From contig OX597820.1 in assembly GCA_951406725.2 (NCBI GenBank), positions 100,564,001-100,628,000 on the forward strand: a stretch of 64,000 nucleotides of DNA, read 5' to 3'. The position numbers were made by a program, and so were the translations under genes. Shown piece by piece: positions 53,301 through 62,907 of the stretch. The DNA is from Octopus vulgaris. Lineage: Eukaryota. Under the pieces are notes generated by a model. That model saw only the letters and a list, made by a program, of their open reading frames with translations. It did not search any database and was not told the origin of the DNA. The first letter of the stretch is position 1. Each line of letters begins with the position of its first letter.

Positions 53301-56300
53301 TCTGACACTTACTCTCAAAACTGTTGTGTTGAATAAATATAGAATTAAAGTGTACTGGCCAAATACAAGGCAAAAAACCTGTTGTGGATTTGAACTCATA
53401 TCTACAGCTTATAAGATTATCACCTTGCACATCCTGAGACATGGTTACTCAGCTCATTCCAGCATCAAGAGATTATTACAAACACTGTTATCATCATTAT
53501 CACTGTTAGCATCTTCATTATTATAACTGAAGAAGAATTTCTCTTCAGAAATTCATCAGAAAACAAGTACCCAGAATTTCTGTCCAATGAGAGGTTGATA
53601 CTTTATAGCTATTTATATCAAACACAAACCAGGATTCAGCTGAAATGACTAATCTAATTTGCATAACAGTACATTTGTTGGTAAAGTGGTTAATTAATTC
53701 AGTAATTATTGTTAGCACAAGACAGCAACATTCATTGGATAATATAAAATGCTTTAGTACTAGTGTACCTATGCTTCTTAAAGTGTGTGTAAAGTAATTA
53801 ATTAATTAATCAAACAACACTGTCAATGAATGAACAGTTTTGCAAATAAGATAGGCCATTTTTAGCTGAATCCTGGTATGTATTTACACTAACAAATTAA
53901 TTTATAAAGAGTAATCATGCTCAATGAAAAATATAAATTGGAAAATTTAAATTAAAAAGGTTAGAAAAAAGATTCTTACCTAATACAACTTTATCATCTG
54001 GTTTTTCAGAATCTTTCGTTTTGAAGAGTCTATTTTTCAAACCTCTTCTGAAGCTATCTCTGTTAATTGATCGAGGCAAGATTCCAGCTACAATTAAGAA
54101 TCCAATTACAGTAAATAATTATTATTATGCTTCATTTGATAAAGGAGAAATTGATCACAACTCTCATACATACATGCATACACTCTGTCCCCTCTCTTCT
54201 CTCTGCAATATAAACATATATATGCTTGTTCTTCTATAATACTTTAGTCTCTCAGCAACTGGCATAATACCACCTCTCCTTTCCTAATACTCTCCACCCA
54301 CACACAGCCACAGGAGCCTTTTCCATTTCAGTTCTTTGTTGTCTTGAAACGTACTTGGTAATCTCACTAGTACCAGTTGCATGCAGAAAGCATCCAGTAT
54401 AACAGAAATGCGATTGGCCTTAAGAATGGCATGAAGCCATAGAAACCATGTCAAAGCCAACACTGGAGCTCAGCACAGTCCAGCAACTTCCAGTTCTTGT
54501 CAAACCATCCAAAGCATGCCAGCATGGAACAGACATCAAGTGATGATGATGATGATGATACATAAGTATACACACAACTATTACTATTAAGTCGTTGACT
54601 TTGCTTGCATTACAACAAGCAAACTCAAAGACTTGGTAATAAAGTTTCTTACTTGAATAAGAAGGAGACATTATATGGGATATAAAATGTCAAGACTAGT
54701 TGAAATAAAAGTTATAGCAATAGAGAATTACATTACTCTAGAAGCTTTATTGTCTTATATGGCAGTCGTCAGATTTGAACAGTAAACTCTTAAGTTGTCA
54801 GTCATTTTAATAATATGTCTTGCAAAGTATTGTACCACTCTTTAACCTTTTTACTGCAGAAAGCAGATTTATATACCAATCATTCTTTTGTTGGGAAATG
54901 TCATGTTTGAAATGTGGAGGCGCAATGGCCCAGTGGATAGGGCAGCGGACTCGCGGTCGTAGGATCGCGGTTTCAATTCCCAGACCGGGCGTTGTGAGTG
55001 TTTATTGAGCGAAAACACCTAAAGCTCCACGCACTCTTACTTCCTGTTTCTGTTGTACCTGTATTTCAAAGGGCCGGCCTTGTCACTCTCTGTGTCACGC
55101 TGAATATCCCCGAGAACTACATTAAGGGTACACGTGACTGTGGAGTGCTCAGCCACTTACACGTTAATTTCACGAGCAGGCTGTTCCGTTGATTGGATCA
55201 ACCGGAACCCTCGTCATTGTAACCGACGGAGTGCTTCCTCCATGTTTGAAATTATTTTTTGCTGAGTTATATCAAGTTCACCAAGGCAACGTGAATTACA
55301 GAAAATACCAATTCCATATTTTTGGTAAATATTTAACATCGTTACTAGAATAACAATGAAATTTACTTTTGCAGTTAAAGGGTTAAAATCCTTTGGTGAT
55401 TTATTTTATAATTTGAAAGACCAACGTTAAACTCAACATCTGATGACAAATTATCTGAGTATTTCGTAATGTAATTTAAAGTACAATCTCTTATCTTTTA
55501 TCCTTTACTTGTTTCAGTCATTGGACTGAGACCATGCTGGGGCACCACCTTTAGTCAAATAAATTAACCCTAGAACTTATTTTTTAAGTCTGGGACTTAT
55601 TCTATCAGCTAAGTCCTTTGAGTATAAACAAACCAACACTGGTTGTCAAGTGGTGGGAGGGACAAATACAAACACATACACGACAGGTTTCCACCCAGTT
55701 TCCAACTACTAAATTCACTCTCATGATAATGGTCACCCAGGACAATAGTACAAAACTCTCACAAGGTGATGTACAATGGAATTGAAACTAAAACCTTGTG
55801 ATTGCAAAGTGAGTTTTATATATATTATGTATACTGAACTATTGCATTTGTGGAGCACTTCTGAGATGATCAAAACGCGGATATATTACTGAGTTTCTCT
55901 TTCAGTTTTCTTGGGAATTTTGAAACAATTTTAGTTTACTTCTTTGAGCAATCTACATACACCCTAATTACATTGCCCCTAGAAGTACCCATAAAATTTA
56001 TTTAAAAAAATAAAAAATAAGAAAACTGAATCAGTACAATCATATGAGTAAGAGTTAAATAGCTCTGTTTGACAGAATTTTTAGACAGGCTATCATTTAT
56101 ACTACATAATCAGCTGTGACTGTTAAAATTAAATTTGGTTGATAATTAGCAATTTGTCAATATGTGCATTTCCAACAGCAAAAGTGACAAGGAGATGCCT
56201 GGGCAAAATGAATGCAACAAAAACTAAGAAGAATTTTTGCTCAAAAATACAAACTTTTTTTAGATCTCTCACAACTTTTGCTAAAATGCATTTCTGACAG

Positions 56301-57236
56301 AGTAAACAGTGCACATACACAAATCAGTAATGCTTACAAATTTAGCTAATATGCATTGCTTATATAGTAAACAGTATGTACATTCACACACACACACACT
56401 TACAAGCATATACTCATGGACATACAAATGCACACACACTAACACATACATGCACACACACATACACATACACAAGCATAATGTTGTAGTCTTCCAGCTA
56501 TGGCAGTAAGTTCTTGTTTCAACTGATGTAGTTTTAGACCAAGGCTGTAACTTTTTTTTGCCTCCAGACTACTTTTCAAAATTCAATGCCTATGTATGTG
56601 TATGTATGCACACATATATACATGTATGTAAACATGCATGTATGCATGCATGCGTGCATGCACGTGTATAGATCGATGTATCCCTAAACAGATGCTCAAA
56701 CTCCAAATGAGCCCCATTTTTATTTTTCAAACCCTTAGGAATCTGCTGATACTGCTATTTAGTCCCAGGTCAAACCTGAATGAGCATAATTATGACAAAA
56801 AGTGTTCAAGCCAGAACCATCTTGTTCTTTTGTTTTGGAGTATCAAAGAATATGTTATCCAATGTGGTCTTCTCTTTCTGATGAATGTAGGATGTGAACT
56901 GAGGGAGATTTGGCTGCTATTTCTAGTAGGTAGAGAGATATTCACAAGAAGTGTATATATCAGATAGGTCGATATGACAATTTCTCAATGACATCGTTTC
57001 TGGTTTCAGTCATTCTAATTATCTCAGGTTAATATTGCATCTCTCTCTCTCTCTCTTCTTCTTCTCTTTTCTTTCTTTTCCCTCCGTCCCCCTTTCTCTC
57101 TTCTTTCTCTTGAATATAAGTAGAATAAATGTATCTATGAAAGTGCATGTGTATGTGTGCATATATATGTAAACATGTATATGTGTAGGTTCCTGTAAAT
57201 GCTTATATAATCATACATATATAACAAGAAAAGTTT

Positions 57237-57308
<72 letters not shown>

Positions 57309-60300
57309 AGCATATATATATATACACACATATATAAAAGAGACTCACATACACATGCACACAGGTGCACACACACTTATGTATGTCTACAATTATATTC
57401 ATATATTTAATGTGTTCACACACACACACAAATTCGTATGTGTGTGTGTGTGCATGTGCATGCATGTGTGTGTGTGTGCGTGCATGTATGTGACTGCACA
57501 TGTGTTTGCTCATCCATTAAACAGTCATCCTTCATTTACTACAAATTTACAAGTGCCATCTGTTTCAATCTGATTACTCCCACACTCCCACATTCTTATT
57601 GCCAAATGCAGTAGCAATGCCTTGCCAAAACTAGTTCTCGATTATCACTCTCCTTTCCAATAATCCAAAACGTGTAACAAGTTATAATCTACTTGAACAT
57701 AACTACGGTAATGTAGACAATTACTTGCAGTTCACTCTATAATTCCTTATCAACTCCATCCAAGCATTTCAAGCACATTATTTACTTCAGTATAAATCAG
57801 GAAGGTATAATGTAATGGTGGAGGAAGGGGAAAAGGAGGAGGAGGGGAAGGAGAAGGAAGCACAGGTTTGAGGAATGAGAATGAATGTAGACATAAAATT
57901 AAGGGGTGTATTGGAACATTGATGTTGGGTTACAGTCAGAAATGTGCCTGAAGCATCTCTAAGGAAAAAAAAAAAAATCCTCATCCTCATCCTCATCATC
58001 AGTGCCTCTGCTGACACCACCACCACCACCACCACCTTTACCATTGCCACCATCATAATTTTTATTGCCACTGCTGTCATTGTCATCTCTAGCATCAGGG
58101 TCTTCATCACTATCAGTCCCTGCTCCATCCCCATTATTATTGCTGTCATCAATGTCATTGTTGTCATCACCATCACTCACCCCACCTTCCCACCTGCTGG
58201 AACCATTCTCAACTACATCATTATCGCAGCATTTTCATTAGCATTATCAGTAGCAGCAGTACCACTCTTCTTTGCACATTCCCATTATCATCAGAAGTTA
58301 TTATTATAATTATTATCATTATTATTGAGTGAGCAAGTAGTGCATGCCATCAAAGTGACACTGGGGTAAAATATACGCAGCCCAGTATACCCATCATGAC
58401 TACCCGTCTGATAAGGGTACACCAGGCACATGCATCACAACTATATGAGCATGACATAGTGACCTCATATCAAGATTAACAGTACATGACCTTGCAGGTG
58501 GGGCCCAGTTAGAATTGTCTTCAGGTTGAGTAGCCCAACCTGCTCAAAAGGTCTCTGAATAAGGGTTGCTTAAGGATGTTGAACAGAACACACATATTTC
58601 CAAAGGTGAATTATCCAAACCCCAAAGAATTCAGCATATGGCTATGATGCTCCCCCACTACTTTTGCTCGTGATCAGAGATGCACATATCGTCAGCCACT
58701 AAGGGACATGTTCGACTGGTTAAGGTCAAACAACTGACAAGCAAATCTGTGGTATTGAGCAGAATATTTGCTGTAGCCCATCTTTTCTACTAAGATAAAA
58801 CAATGTTTATCATCATCTCATCATCGTCATCATCATCATCATCGTCATCATCATCATTATCATTATTATTATTATTAAGGTGACAAGCTGGCAGAATCAT
58901 TAGTGCACCAGATGAAATGCTTAGCAGTATTTCACCTGTTGCTACATTCTGAGTTCAAATTCCGCCGAGGTCAACTTTACCTTTCGTCCTTTTGGGGTCA
59001 ATGAAATGAGCACCAGTTGAACACTAAGGTCGATGTAATCGACTTATCCCCTTCCAAAATATTGCTGCCCTAGTGGAAAAATTTGAAACCATTATTGTTG
59101 TTGTTGTCATTGTGGTCAGCTATATTAAAATGTGCTTGAAATATCTTTAAGAAAGCATATTCATCACTCCCATCACTATCACATTACTCCTACCATCCCA
59201 TTCATAATTCTTAATCACCATCATCATCAATGTCATCACATTCATCATTTATATATATGTGTGTGTATGTGTGTGTGTCTCCTCACCAAACTGGATATAT
59301 AAATCCTTTGATGTGGACATAACTTTAGAGAATCTACTGTAGGAACTGCAAGTTATTCAGTAATAATATAATCAATTAAAAATCAACTCCTAGTATTTGA
59401 CAGATAGTTAGGTGCTAATTATTTCAAGTACAGGGGGTCAATTCAGTCAATTATACCTCTGCCCTAACATCAATTACTGGTGTCAGTAACATATATGATT
59501 CTTCCCCCAAATCTCCTGATCTTATACTTAGATTAGAAATCATTATACTGTAACAAGAGTATTGTAATTATTGCTTTCCCTCCAATATATTTTATGTCAT
59601 AAATAAATTTCAGCTGTATTGTATCATAGATCCAATCATATTTTAAGGTTGATTTAATTATCTGTGTCCCTTCTTGAACAAATAGATAGCATTATATTAT
59701 TATTCTGGGTAAGGTGGTGAGCTGGCAGAATTGTTAGCATGCTGAACCAAATGCTTAGCAGTATTTCAGCTGTCTTTCAAATAAGGTGGTGAACTGGTAG
59801 AACCATTAGCATGCTGAACAAAATGCTTAGTGGCATTTTGTCTGTCTTTACACTCTGAGTTCAAATTCCACCGAAGTTAACTTTGCCTTTCATCCTTTTG
59901 AGGTCAATAAAATAAGTACCAGTTGAACTCTGGAGCAGATGTATTCAACTTACCATCTTCTCTGAAATTATTGGCCTTGTGCCTGTAGTGGAATGGATTA
60001 TATTATTATTCTGGGTTCAAATCCTGCTGAAATCAACTTTACTTTTCATCCCTTTCGAACTGATCAATTAAATAATATGTTCAAATACATCCAAAATCAA
60101 CTTTGCCTTTGTCGTGGTGCACCTGAGCACTGTATACAATAATTTCATTATTATTTTATTTAATCCCTTCAGATTTGATAAAATAAAGTACCAGTCAATA
60201 GCACTGACTAACCCCTACTTCCCCTAAGATTTTGTTTCTTTCTCTCCAATATATTTATAGTTTTTACTTGTTTCAGTCATTAGAGTACAATCAAGCTGGG

Positions 60301-60946
60301 GCACTGCCTTGAGGAATTTTTAGTCAAAGACATTGATCACAATACCTTTTCTTTTTTTTAAAGCTTGGTTCTTATCCCAACACTGGTTGAACACACACAC
60401 ACACACACACGATGGGGTTCTTTCAATTTCCTTCTATCAAATCCCCTCACAAAGCTTTGATCGGACTGAAGTAATAGTAGAAGACACTTGTCCAAGATGC
60501 CATGCAGTGGGACTGAACCCAGAACCATGTGTTTGGGAAGCAAGCTTCTTATCACACAGCCCTGCCTGTGACTATAATAAATAAATTTCAACTCTCACAT
60601 GCCTTGTCATTGTGTACCCATCTACAGACAAACATGATATAGTTTGGAACCACCACCCAAAAAAAAGTTATAAACAAACAATGAAATCTGACATTAAAAT
60701 TCCTTCATTTATCCTATCATCTTGTAATGTTATTCAGTTCAAAATGGTGACATAAAATCAGTTACCCTCTTCCAGTCACTTTATAATTAATTCTTTCTCT
60801 CTCTCTCTCTCTCTCTGATTACCTACTTTCCTACTTGACTTTCTTCTCTTTCATCTGTTTAGGCTCATTTCAACTGTTTTCTCACACTAACTGCTTCTCA
60901 CTCTCATTGTCCTCTCTCACTATCTACTGTCTCCTCTTCCACCACC

Positions 60947-61000
<54 letters not shown>

Positions 61001-62751
61001 AGAAATACTTTATATAAACATATATGTGCAACAACACATACACTATAACACAAATATATAATCAATTGCAATATCTGTCTGCATACGTATGTGCTATGTA
61101 TATGCACACATGCATGTGCGCGTGTGTGTGTGTGTATGTATTTCCCACAACATAAATAATGATGTCAAAACATTCTTTAAAACAAACAGTTGCTTGTGAT
61201 TTTGTCAGAAATATAAGAAAAAAACTGAAGAAGTATAGGTAAGACATCTGAAAGGTGATTAAAAGATAAAAAGAAAAAAAAAACGAAAACAAGGAAAATA
61301 CTGAATAATTTAAAACATTAGAAAATATTCAATAAAAGTATCTGATGTCAGATAATAGTGACAGCTGCTGAAAATGTGAGCAGAACAAGTAATTTGGTAA
61401 ATACTGATATACAAGAAGCCAATAAAATTTAGGCTAAAAGTTATGCATTGTGTCACTGAAAGTGACTTAGAATATGACAGGGTTTGTAAAGTTAATGGTG
61501 AATTGATAACAGTGAAACAGTGAAACAAATGACCTGACACAAACACTACTAATCACTGGAAAATAAATGTACACAGAGAACACAGCTGAAGTTAATTAGG
61601 GTAAAAGATCTAATTACTATAATTTAAAAAGCAGCATTGATAGAAGATAGAGCTTTGGTGGGGAAAAAAATCTAATGTAGAAATCCTATAAGATTTCTAC
61701 AAGTAAGGAGAAATCTTGAGAAAAGATATAAAATGTATTAGTAGCCTATAAGGAAATTCTTAACCATACTTTGTGAATGAATAAATTTATCATTCAGACT
61801 TTTTAAAAAAAAAAAAAAGACGTTAATAGTGTCTCTGGAAAATTAACTAAATAAGGTATTAGAATATGATATTCTTATGTGTAAAAAGACTAATGTAAAG
61901 ATCAATTGGAAACAATGGAAAATAAATGGAACAGATGCAAAAAAGCAAAAACCAAAAAAATGAATCTTCGATGTGTTTTTAGTTTCTGTATCAAATAATA
62001 GGAAAGACATTGATCAAACTGAATTACTTAAAAGAAAGTATATATATATATAAAAAAAAAATGAATGAATGAATCTAAATTGAAAATGGCTAGAATAACA
62101 CAAAGAGTTTACAAATTCGTCAGAAAGGATGTAAGGATGAGATAAAAATAAATAATGAAGATTGAATACACCAGTCAAAACAGCTTGTGAAAGAGTTACA
62201 ATAAAAACACCAGTTTAGCCATTGAAGTATATGTTAGAAGTGATTTGCAAGATAATAGTTTGTTTCAATCTTCAATTGTGTTTCCTTAGAACAGATAAAA
62301 ATACATCATGATACCAAAAAAAATCAATAATGGATAACTTCTAAGTACTATGGTAAACCAAAGATCTGTATGTTGGATATAAATAAAACACCTCAATCAT
62401 CTCATTTCCTTTGAGCCATTTCATATGAGTCAAGACCCTTATGATTAACATTAGCAAACCAGTTCCGGACCCATTTGCCTCAATACATTCTGATAGATGA
62501 TTTCAGTTTTCAAAAGGGGAAATTACACATAATAAATTACTATTTTCAACAAACTTATGCTGCAAAAAACAAAAAAAATTCTCAGTTTAAGTTATTTTAT
62601 ATGAAAGCTTTTAATCCAAGCTATTATTATTATTTGTATTGAAGAACAAAAGAAACAATATAGTATGTATACTTATACCATCTGTATTCTCTAATTCATA
62701 AGATTCAATATTTTCTCTTTCAAAGCAGCCTTCAGTTACCTTCAAAAATAC
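8305..62751 (-). CDS. ABCA1: ABCA-subfamily lipid/phospholipid transporter (ABCA1/4/7-like), partial multi-exon CDS: 20 exons, 956 codons, C-terminal half
   Basis: Manually spliced exons all have GT..AG boundaries with compatible phases and no stops. Translation gives ABCA hallmark motifs: [114 protein letters not shown]. Exact orthology within ABCA1/4/7 cannot be resolved by eye. Confidence 0.95.
9540..10051 (+). mobile_element. RTE-type LINE 3' UTR/tail with internal 62/63-bp minisatellite and (GAT)n tail
   Basis: GTGYCGGTGGCAC units at 9564, 9630, 9692, 9755, 9817 and 9880, then GTTAGGAAGGGCATCCAGC...CCAACCCATGC..CATGGAAAGCGGACG and (GAT)n. The same tail follows RTE ORF remnants at 46600-47700. 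Related copies at about 1-120(-), 15325-15605, 15730-16030, 32325-32580 and 45957-46250(-). Confidence 0.75.
10088..10480 (+). mobile_element. Dispersed retroelement 3' end with (TAA)n tail
   Basis: Ends GCACTGCTCTCTCACTC(AAT)n; reverse-strand copies at about 43155-43710 and 58320-58810. Confidence 0.65.
10500..11093 (+). mobile_element. Dong/R4-clade non-LTR retrotransposon, 3' fragment (restriction-like endonuclease)
   Basis: Degenerate translation [16 protein letters not shown]...[19 protein letters not shown]...IDFTVP...KYQDLA...[10 protein letters not shown]...[17 protein letters not shown]; flanked by (TAA)n. Confidence 0.85.
13154..13246 (-). CDS. ABCA1: ABCA exon, 93 nt: (S)[30 protein letters not shown]
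   Basis: cttcag|T acceptor, AG|gtaatt donor. Confidence 0.97.
14134..14179. repeat. Perfect 21-bp inverted repeat with 4-nt loop
   Basis: AACTATTTGTATTAAAGCACC-TATG-GGTGCTTTAATACAAATAGTT. Confidence 0.95.
16340..16443 (-). CDS. ABCA1: ABCA exon, 104 nt, Walker B, D-loop and H-loop: [34 protein letters not shown]
   Basis: tttgaag|GAT acceptor (AAG type), AG|gtattt donor. Confidence 0.97.
16683..17010 (-). mobile_element. Probable LINE 3' tail (GC-rich island)
   Basis: Minus strand GGTTGGGGGTAAGCAAAGGCATGCTCCCCGTAGAAAATCCTGCTCC resembles RTE tails; ends in (GAG)n. Confidence 0.4.
19633..19802. repeat. (GA)n/(GACA)n purine-rich microsatellite cluster
   Basis: Visible directly. Confidence 0.9.
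19993..20127 (-). CDS. ABCA1: ABCA exon, 135 nt, NBD2 signature: [45 protein letters not shown]
   Basis: tttcag|GTA acceptor, TTG|gtaagc donor; ABC signature YSGGNKRKL. Confidence 0.98.
20360..20667 (-). mobile_element. tRNA-derived SINE with Meta-domain-like core
   Basis: Minus strand TGTGGAGGTGCAATATCCCAGTGGTTAGGGCAG..GGTTTCAATTCC head and GCAATGGACTGACGTCCCGTCCAG core; plus-strand relative at about 39131-39425. Confidence 0.75.
21108..21322 (+). mobile_element. Representative of the most abundant SINE family (Nin-domain-like core), usually embedded in (TAA)n
   Basis: AAGGTGGTGAGCTGGCAGAATCGTTAGCA...GAGTTCA.ATTCC...GCCTTTCATCC...AATAAGTACCAG...GGCCTTGTGCC. Many copies on both strands, e.g. 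near 194, 583, 6322, 11095(-), 17200, 20860, 23352, 28000-28172(-), 30966, 31219, 31513, 35190-35760(-), 38270(-), 38900(-), 45735, 58877, 59711, 63661. Confidence 0.85.
21504..21903 (+). mobile_element. tRNA-derived SINE with internal microsatellite (abundant family)
   Basis: GGCGTAGGAGTGGCTGCGTGATAAG head, GGTTCCGGGTTCA box B, CCAGCATGGCC..ATGACTGAAAC tail with (GTAAAAGA) repeats. Copies at about 48320-48697(-), 51770-52126(-), 52168-52588(+), 55495-55815(-), 60260-60570(-) and 28577-28790(+). Confidence 0.85.
22093..22410 (-). CDS. ABCA1: ABCA exon, 318 nt, NBD2 Walker A and Q-loop: [44 protein letters not shown]...YCPQFDAL...[10 protein letters not shown]
   Basis: tttcag|GTT acceptor, CAG|gtaagc donor; Walker A GVNGAGKT. 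Confidence 0.98.
23776..23896 (-). CDS. ABCA1: ABCA exon, 121 nt: (W)[40 protein letters not shown]
   Basis: tgcag|G acceptor, AAG|gtaatg donor; ED.DV..ER and L.I..LTK motifs. Confidence 0.95.
24910..25039 (-). CDS. ABCA1: ABCA exon, 130 nt: (G)[42 protein letters not shown]
   Basis: ttcacag|GT acceptor, TG|gtatag donor; P..W..G.NLFAM motif and last TM helix. Confidence 0.94.
25500..25860 (-). mobile_element. Old RTE-like LINE fragment
   Basis: Minus strand [13 protein letters not shown], matching the RTE C-terminal 'RW.GHV.R' motif; heavily degraded. Confidence 0.5.
26456..26579 (-). CDS. ABCA1: ABCA exon, 124 nt: [41 protein letters not shown]
   Basis: tttcag|GAA acceptor, G|gtaagt donor; P..C.GRGL motif. 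Confidence 0.96.
27285..27435 (-). CDS. ABCA1: ABCA exon, 151 nt: (G)[50 protein letters not shown]
   Basis: ttttag|A acceptor, GAG|gtaagg donor; PMMYP..F.IPSTA motif. Confidence 0.96.
27497..27981 (+). mobile_element. RTE-clade LINE ORF fragment
   Basis: [17 protein letters not shown]...CGKC...FHYLGDQV...[21 protein letters not shown]...[22 protein letters not shown] (YLG and GSETW motifs). Confidence 0.85.
28171..28250 (-). mobile_element. Mariner transposase micro-fragment
   Basis: [23 protein letters not shown], matching mariner 'APSDYHLF..MK..L.G..F'. Confidence 0.65.
28978..29093 (-). CDS. ABCA1: ABCA exon, 116 nt: [38 protein letters not shown]
   Basis: cctcag|ATA acceptor, GG|gtaagt donor; YVSSTNLP motif. 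Confidence 0.96.
29874..30051 (-). CDS. ABCA1: ABCA exon, 178 nt: [59 protein letters not shown]
   Basis: ttcag|A acceptor, TTG|gtcagt donor; SFVPASF and AKHLQ motifs. Confidence 0.97.
32131..32216 (-). ncRNA. Type I minimal hammerhead ribozyme (Penelope-like element type)
   Basis: Minus strand: UACUCCU-CUGAUGA-[AAUUUUGCCCAA..30 nt..UUGGGCAAAAUU]-GAAAC-AGCU-GUA^AGAG. Intact core, 12-bp stem II, minimal palindromic stem III, imperfect stem I. Confidence 0.72.
32876..33100. mobile_element. piggyBac-like MITE family A (about 225 bp)
   Basis: TTAA-TCCTTCAGCATT ... AATGCTAAAGGG; other copies at about 6570-6786, 24215-24443, 26599-26800 (partial) and 33752-34354 (interrupted). Confidence 0.75.
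33304..33473 (-). CDS. ABCA1: ABCA exon, 170 nt: [56 protein letters not shown]
   Basis: ttctcag|GTC acceptor, GT|gtaagt donor; VWFNNKGW and YGIT..NHP motifs. Confidence 0.97.
33775..34185 (+). mobile_element. Hero-like (RLE) non-LTR retrotransposon, 3' fragment
   Basis: [28 protein letters not shown]...[17 protein letters not shown]; EVGCRGF and EKAS.W.W.KR are typical Hero C-terminal motifs. Confidence 0.75.
34944..35121 (-). CDS. ABCA1: ABCA exon, 178 nt: (R)[15 protein letters not shown]...ITKNVAK
   Basis: tttatag|T acceptor, AAG|gtagga donor; RYGGFS motif. Confidence 0.95.
35790..36385 (+). mobile_element. Dong/R4-clade LINE fragment
   Basis: [17 protein letters not shown]...[12 protein letters not shown]...HD...YLH..IC...[21 protein letters not shown]...KYKDL (CCHC knuckle plus RLE motifs). 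Confidence 0.8.
37518..37638 (-). CDS. ABCA1: ABCA exon, 121 nt: (D)[39 protein letters not shown]
   Basis: ctgtag|AT acceptor, CG|gtactg donor; TGRNISD..VKT motif. Confidence 0.93.
37700..37946. mobile_element. Mariner-derived MITE
   Basis: TIRs TGAGGGGTTGCTGAAAAGTTCATGGCTT / AAGCCAGGAACTTTTCAGCACCCCCTTG+TA; internal [15 protein letters not shown] remnant of the mariner C-terminus. Confidence 0.85.
39689..39795 (-). CDS. ABCA1: ABCA exon, 107 nt (ECD2): (D)[35 protein letters not shown]
   Basis: ttctag|T acceptor; G|gtttgt donor is required for phase 1 with the next exon; C.C....CP motif. Confidence 0.88.
41817..41921 (-). CDS. ABCA1: ABCA exon, 105 nt (ECD2): (T)[34 protein letters not shown]
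   Basis: aaag|T acceptor (AAG type), GA|gtaagt donor; NDAP...G.G.RCM motif. Confidence 0.92.
42190..42442 (-). mobile_element. Dong/R4-clade LINE, extreme 3' end
   Basis: Minus strand [13 protein letters not shown]...[18 protein letters not shown], followed by (TAA)n. Confidence 0.7.
42896..43038 (-). CDS. ABCA1: ABCA exon, 143 nt (TM7): [47 protein letters not shown]
   Basis: ttgcag|ATC acceptor, AC|gtaag donor; hydrophobic helix plus P-L-L-PW-Y motif. Confidence 0.95.
44505..45086 (-). mobile_element. Non-autonomous Helitron
   Basis: Minus strand begins A|TCTATATATATAAAAC and ends CCCC..CCGGGCAATACTACTAG|T (5' TC, 3' CTAG, A/T insertion site, GC-rich subterminal hairpin remnant). Confidence 0.75.
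46600..47710 (+). mobile_element. RTE-clade LINE 3' portion (ORF end plus UTR)
   Basis: [21 protein letters not shown]...YDACVQTA...WYGH...[17 protein letters not shown], followed by the GGTGGCAC / GGAAGGGCATCCAGC tail and (GAT)n. Confidence 0.85.
47853..48001 (-). CDS. ABCA1: ABCA exon, 149 nt: (D)[49 protein letters not shown]
   Basis: ttcag|AT acceptor, GAA|gtaggt donor; conserved QQF-ALL-KR..RRS.KGF motif. Confidence 0.95.
49473..49912. mobile_element. Tigger/pogo-like MITE
   Basis: TIRs CAGGTCGTCGTCGACTTATGACC / GGTCGTAAGTCAACAACGACCTG+TA, inserted in (TA)/(CA) repeats. Confidence 0.8.
50152..50273. repeat. 122-bp palindrome (61-bp arms, no spacer, 1 mismatch)
   Basis: 50152-50212 is the reverse complement of 50213-50273 except A50200/C50225; centre TTTT|AAAA. 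Confidence 0.97.
53628..53877. mobile_element. Foldback MITE with long imperfect TIRs
   Basis: ACCAGGATTCAGCTGAAATGACTAATCTAATTTGCA... versus ...TGCAAATAAGATAGGCCATTTTTAGCTGAATCCTGGT; complementarity extends roughly 70-80 bp. Confidence 0.7.
53980..54087 (-). CDS. ABCA1: ABCA exon, 108 nt: (A)[35 protein letters not shown]
   Basis: tgtag|CT acceptor, G|gtaag donor, open in phase 1-1; resembles the ABCA1 linker 'GTLPARRNRRAF'. Confidence 0.8.
54846..55382. mobile_element. piggyBac-like MITE (TTAA target duplication) containing a SINE
   Basis: TTAA-CCTTTTTACTGCAGAAAG ... CTTTTGCAGTTAAAGGG-TTAA. Confidence 0.8.
54914..55240 (+). mobile_element. Young tRNA-derived SINE with 12-bp target site duplication
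   Basis: Box A TGGCCCAGTGG, box B GGTTTCAATTCC, many intact CpGs; CATGTTTGAAAT duplicated at 54902-54913 and 55241-55252. Confidence 0.9.
62679..62751 (-). CDS. ABCA1: ABCA exon, 73 nt: [24 protein letters not shown](G/A)
   Basis: ttttaaacag|GTA acceptor, G|gtataagt donor; matches the ABCA 'EEIFLKV' motif that follows R1; phase 0 to 1. Confidence 0.85.
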
Positions 62752-62907
62752 CTGTTTAAAAAAAAGGGGGAAAATACAAAGATATTTGAATAGTAATTGA
62801 AATGGTAAAATGCACAAATTGCATGCCTTGCTTTCTGAGTTCAAATCTCACTAAGATCAACTTTGCTTTTCATTATCCTGGGGATGGTAAATTGATACCA
62901 GTCATAT

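Noticed and set aside
53527-53560. CTGATGA plus an 8-bp hairpin on the minus strand
   Set aside because: No GAAA follows the stem, so it is not a hammerhead; such a short hairpin is expected by chance
54914-54990. tRNA gene
   Set aside because: A and B boxes are present, but it is the head of a SINE with body, tail and TSD, and there is no complete cloverleaf
57787-58309. Overlapping low-complexity ORFs (D/G-rich, I/T-rich) and a strong acceptor-like T-tract at about 57960
   Set aside because: Degenerate (CAT/CAC)n repeats; the putative exon hits a stop in the required phase and has no good donor
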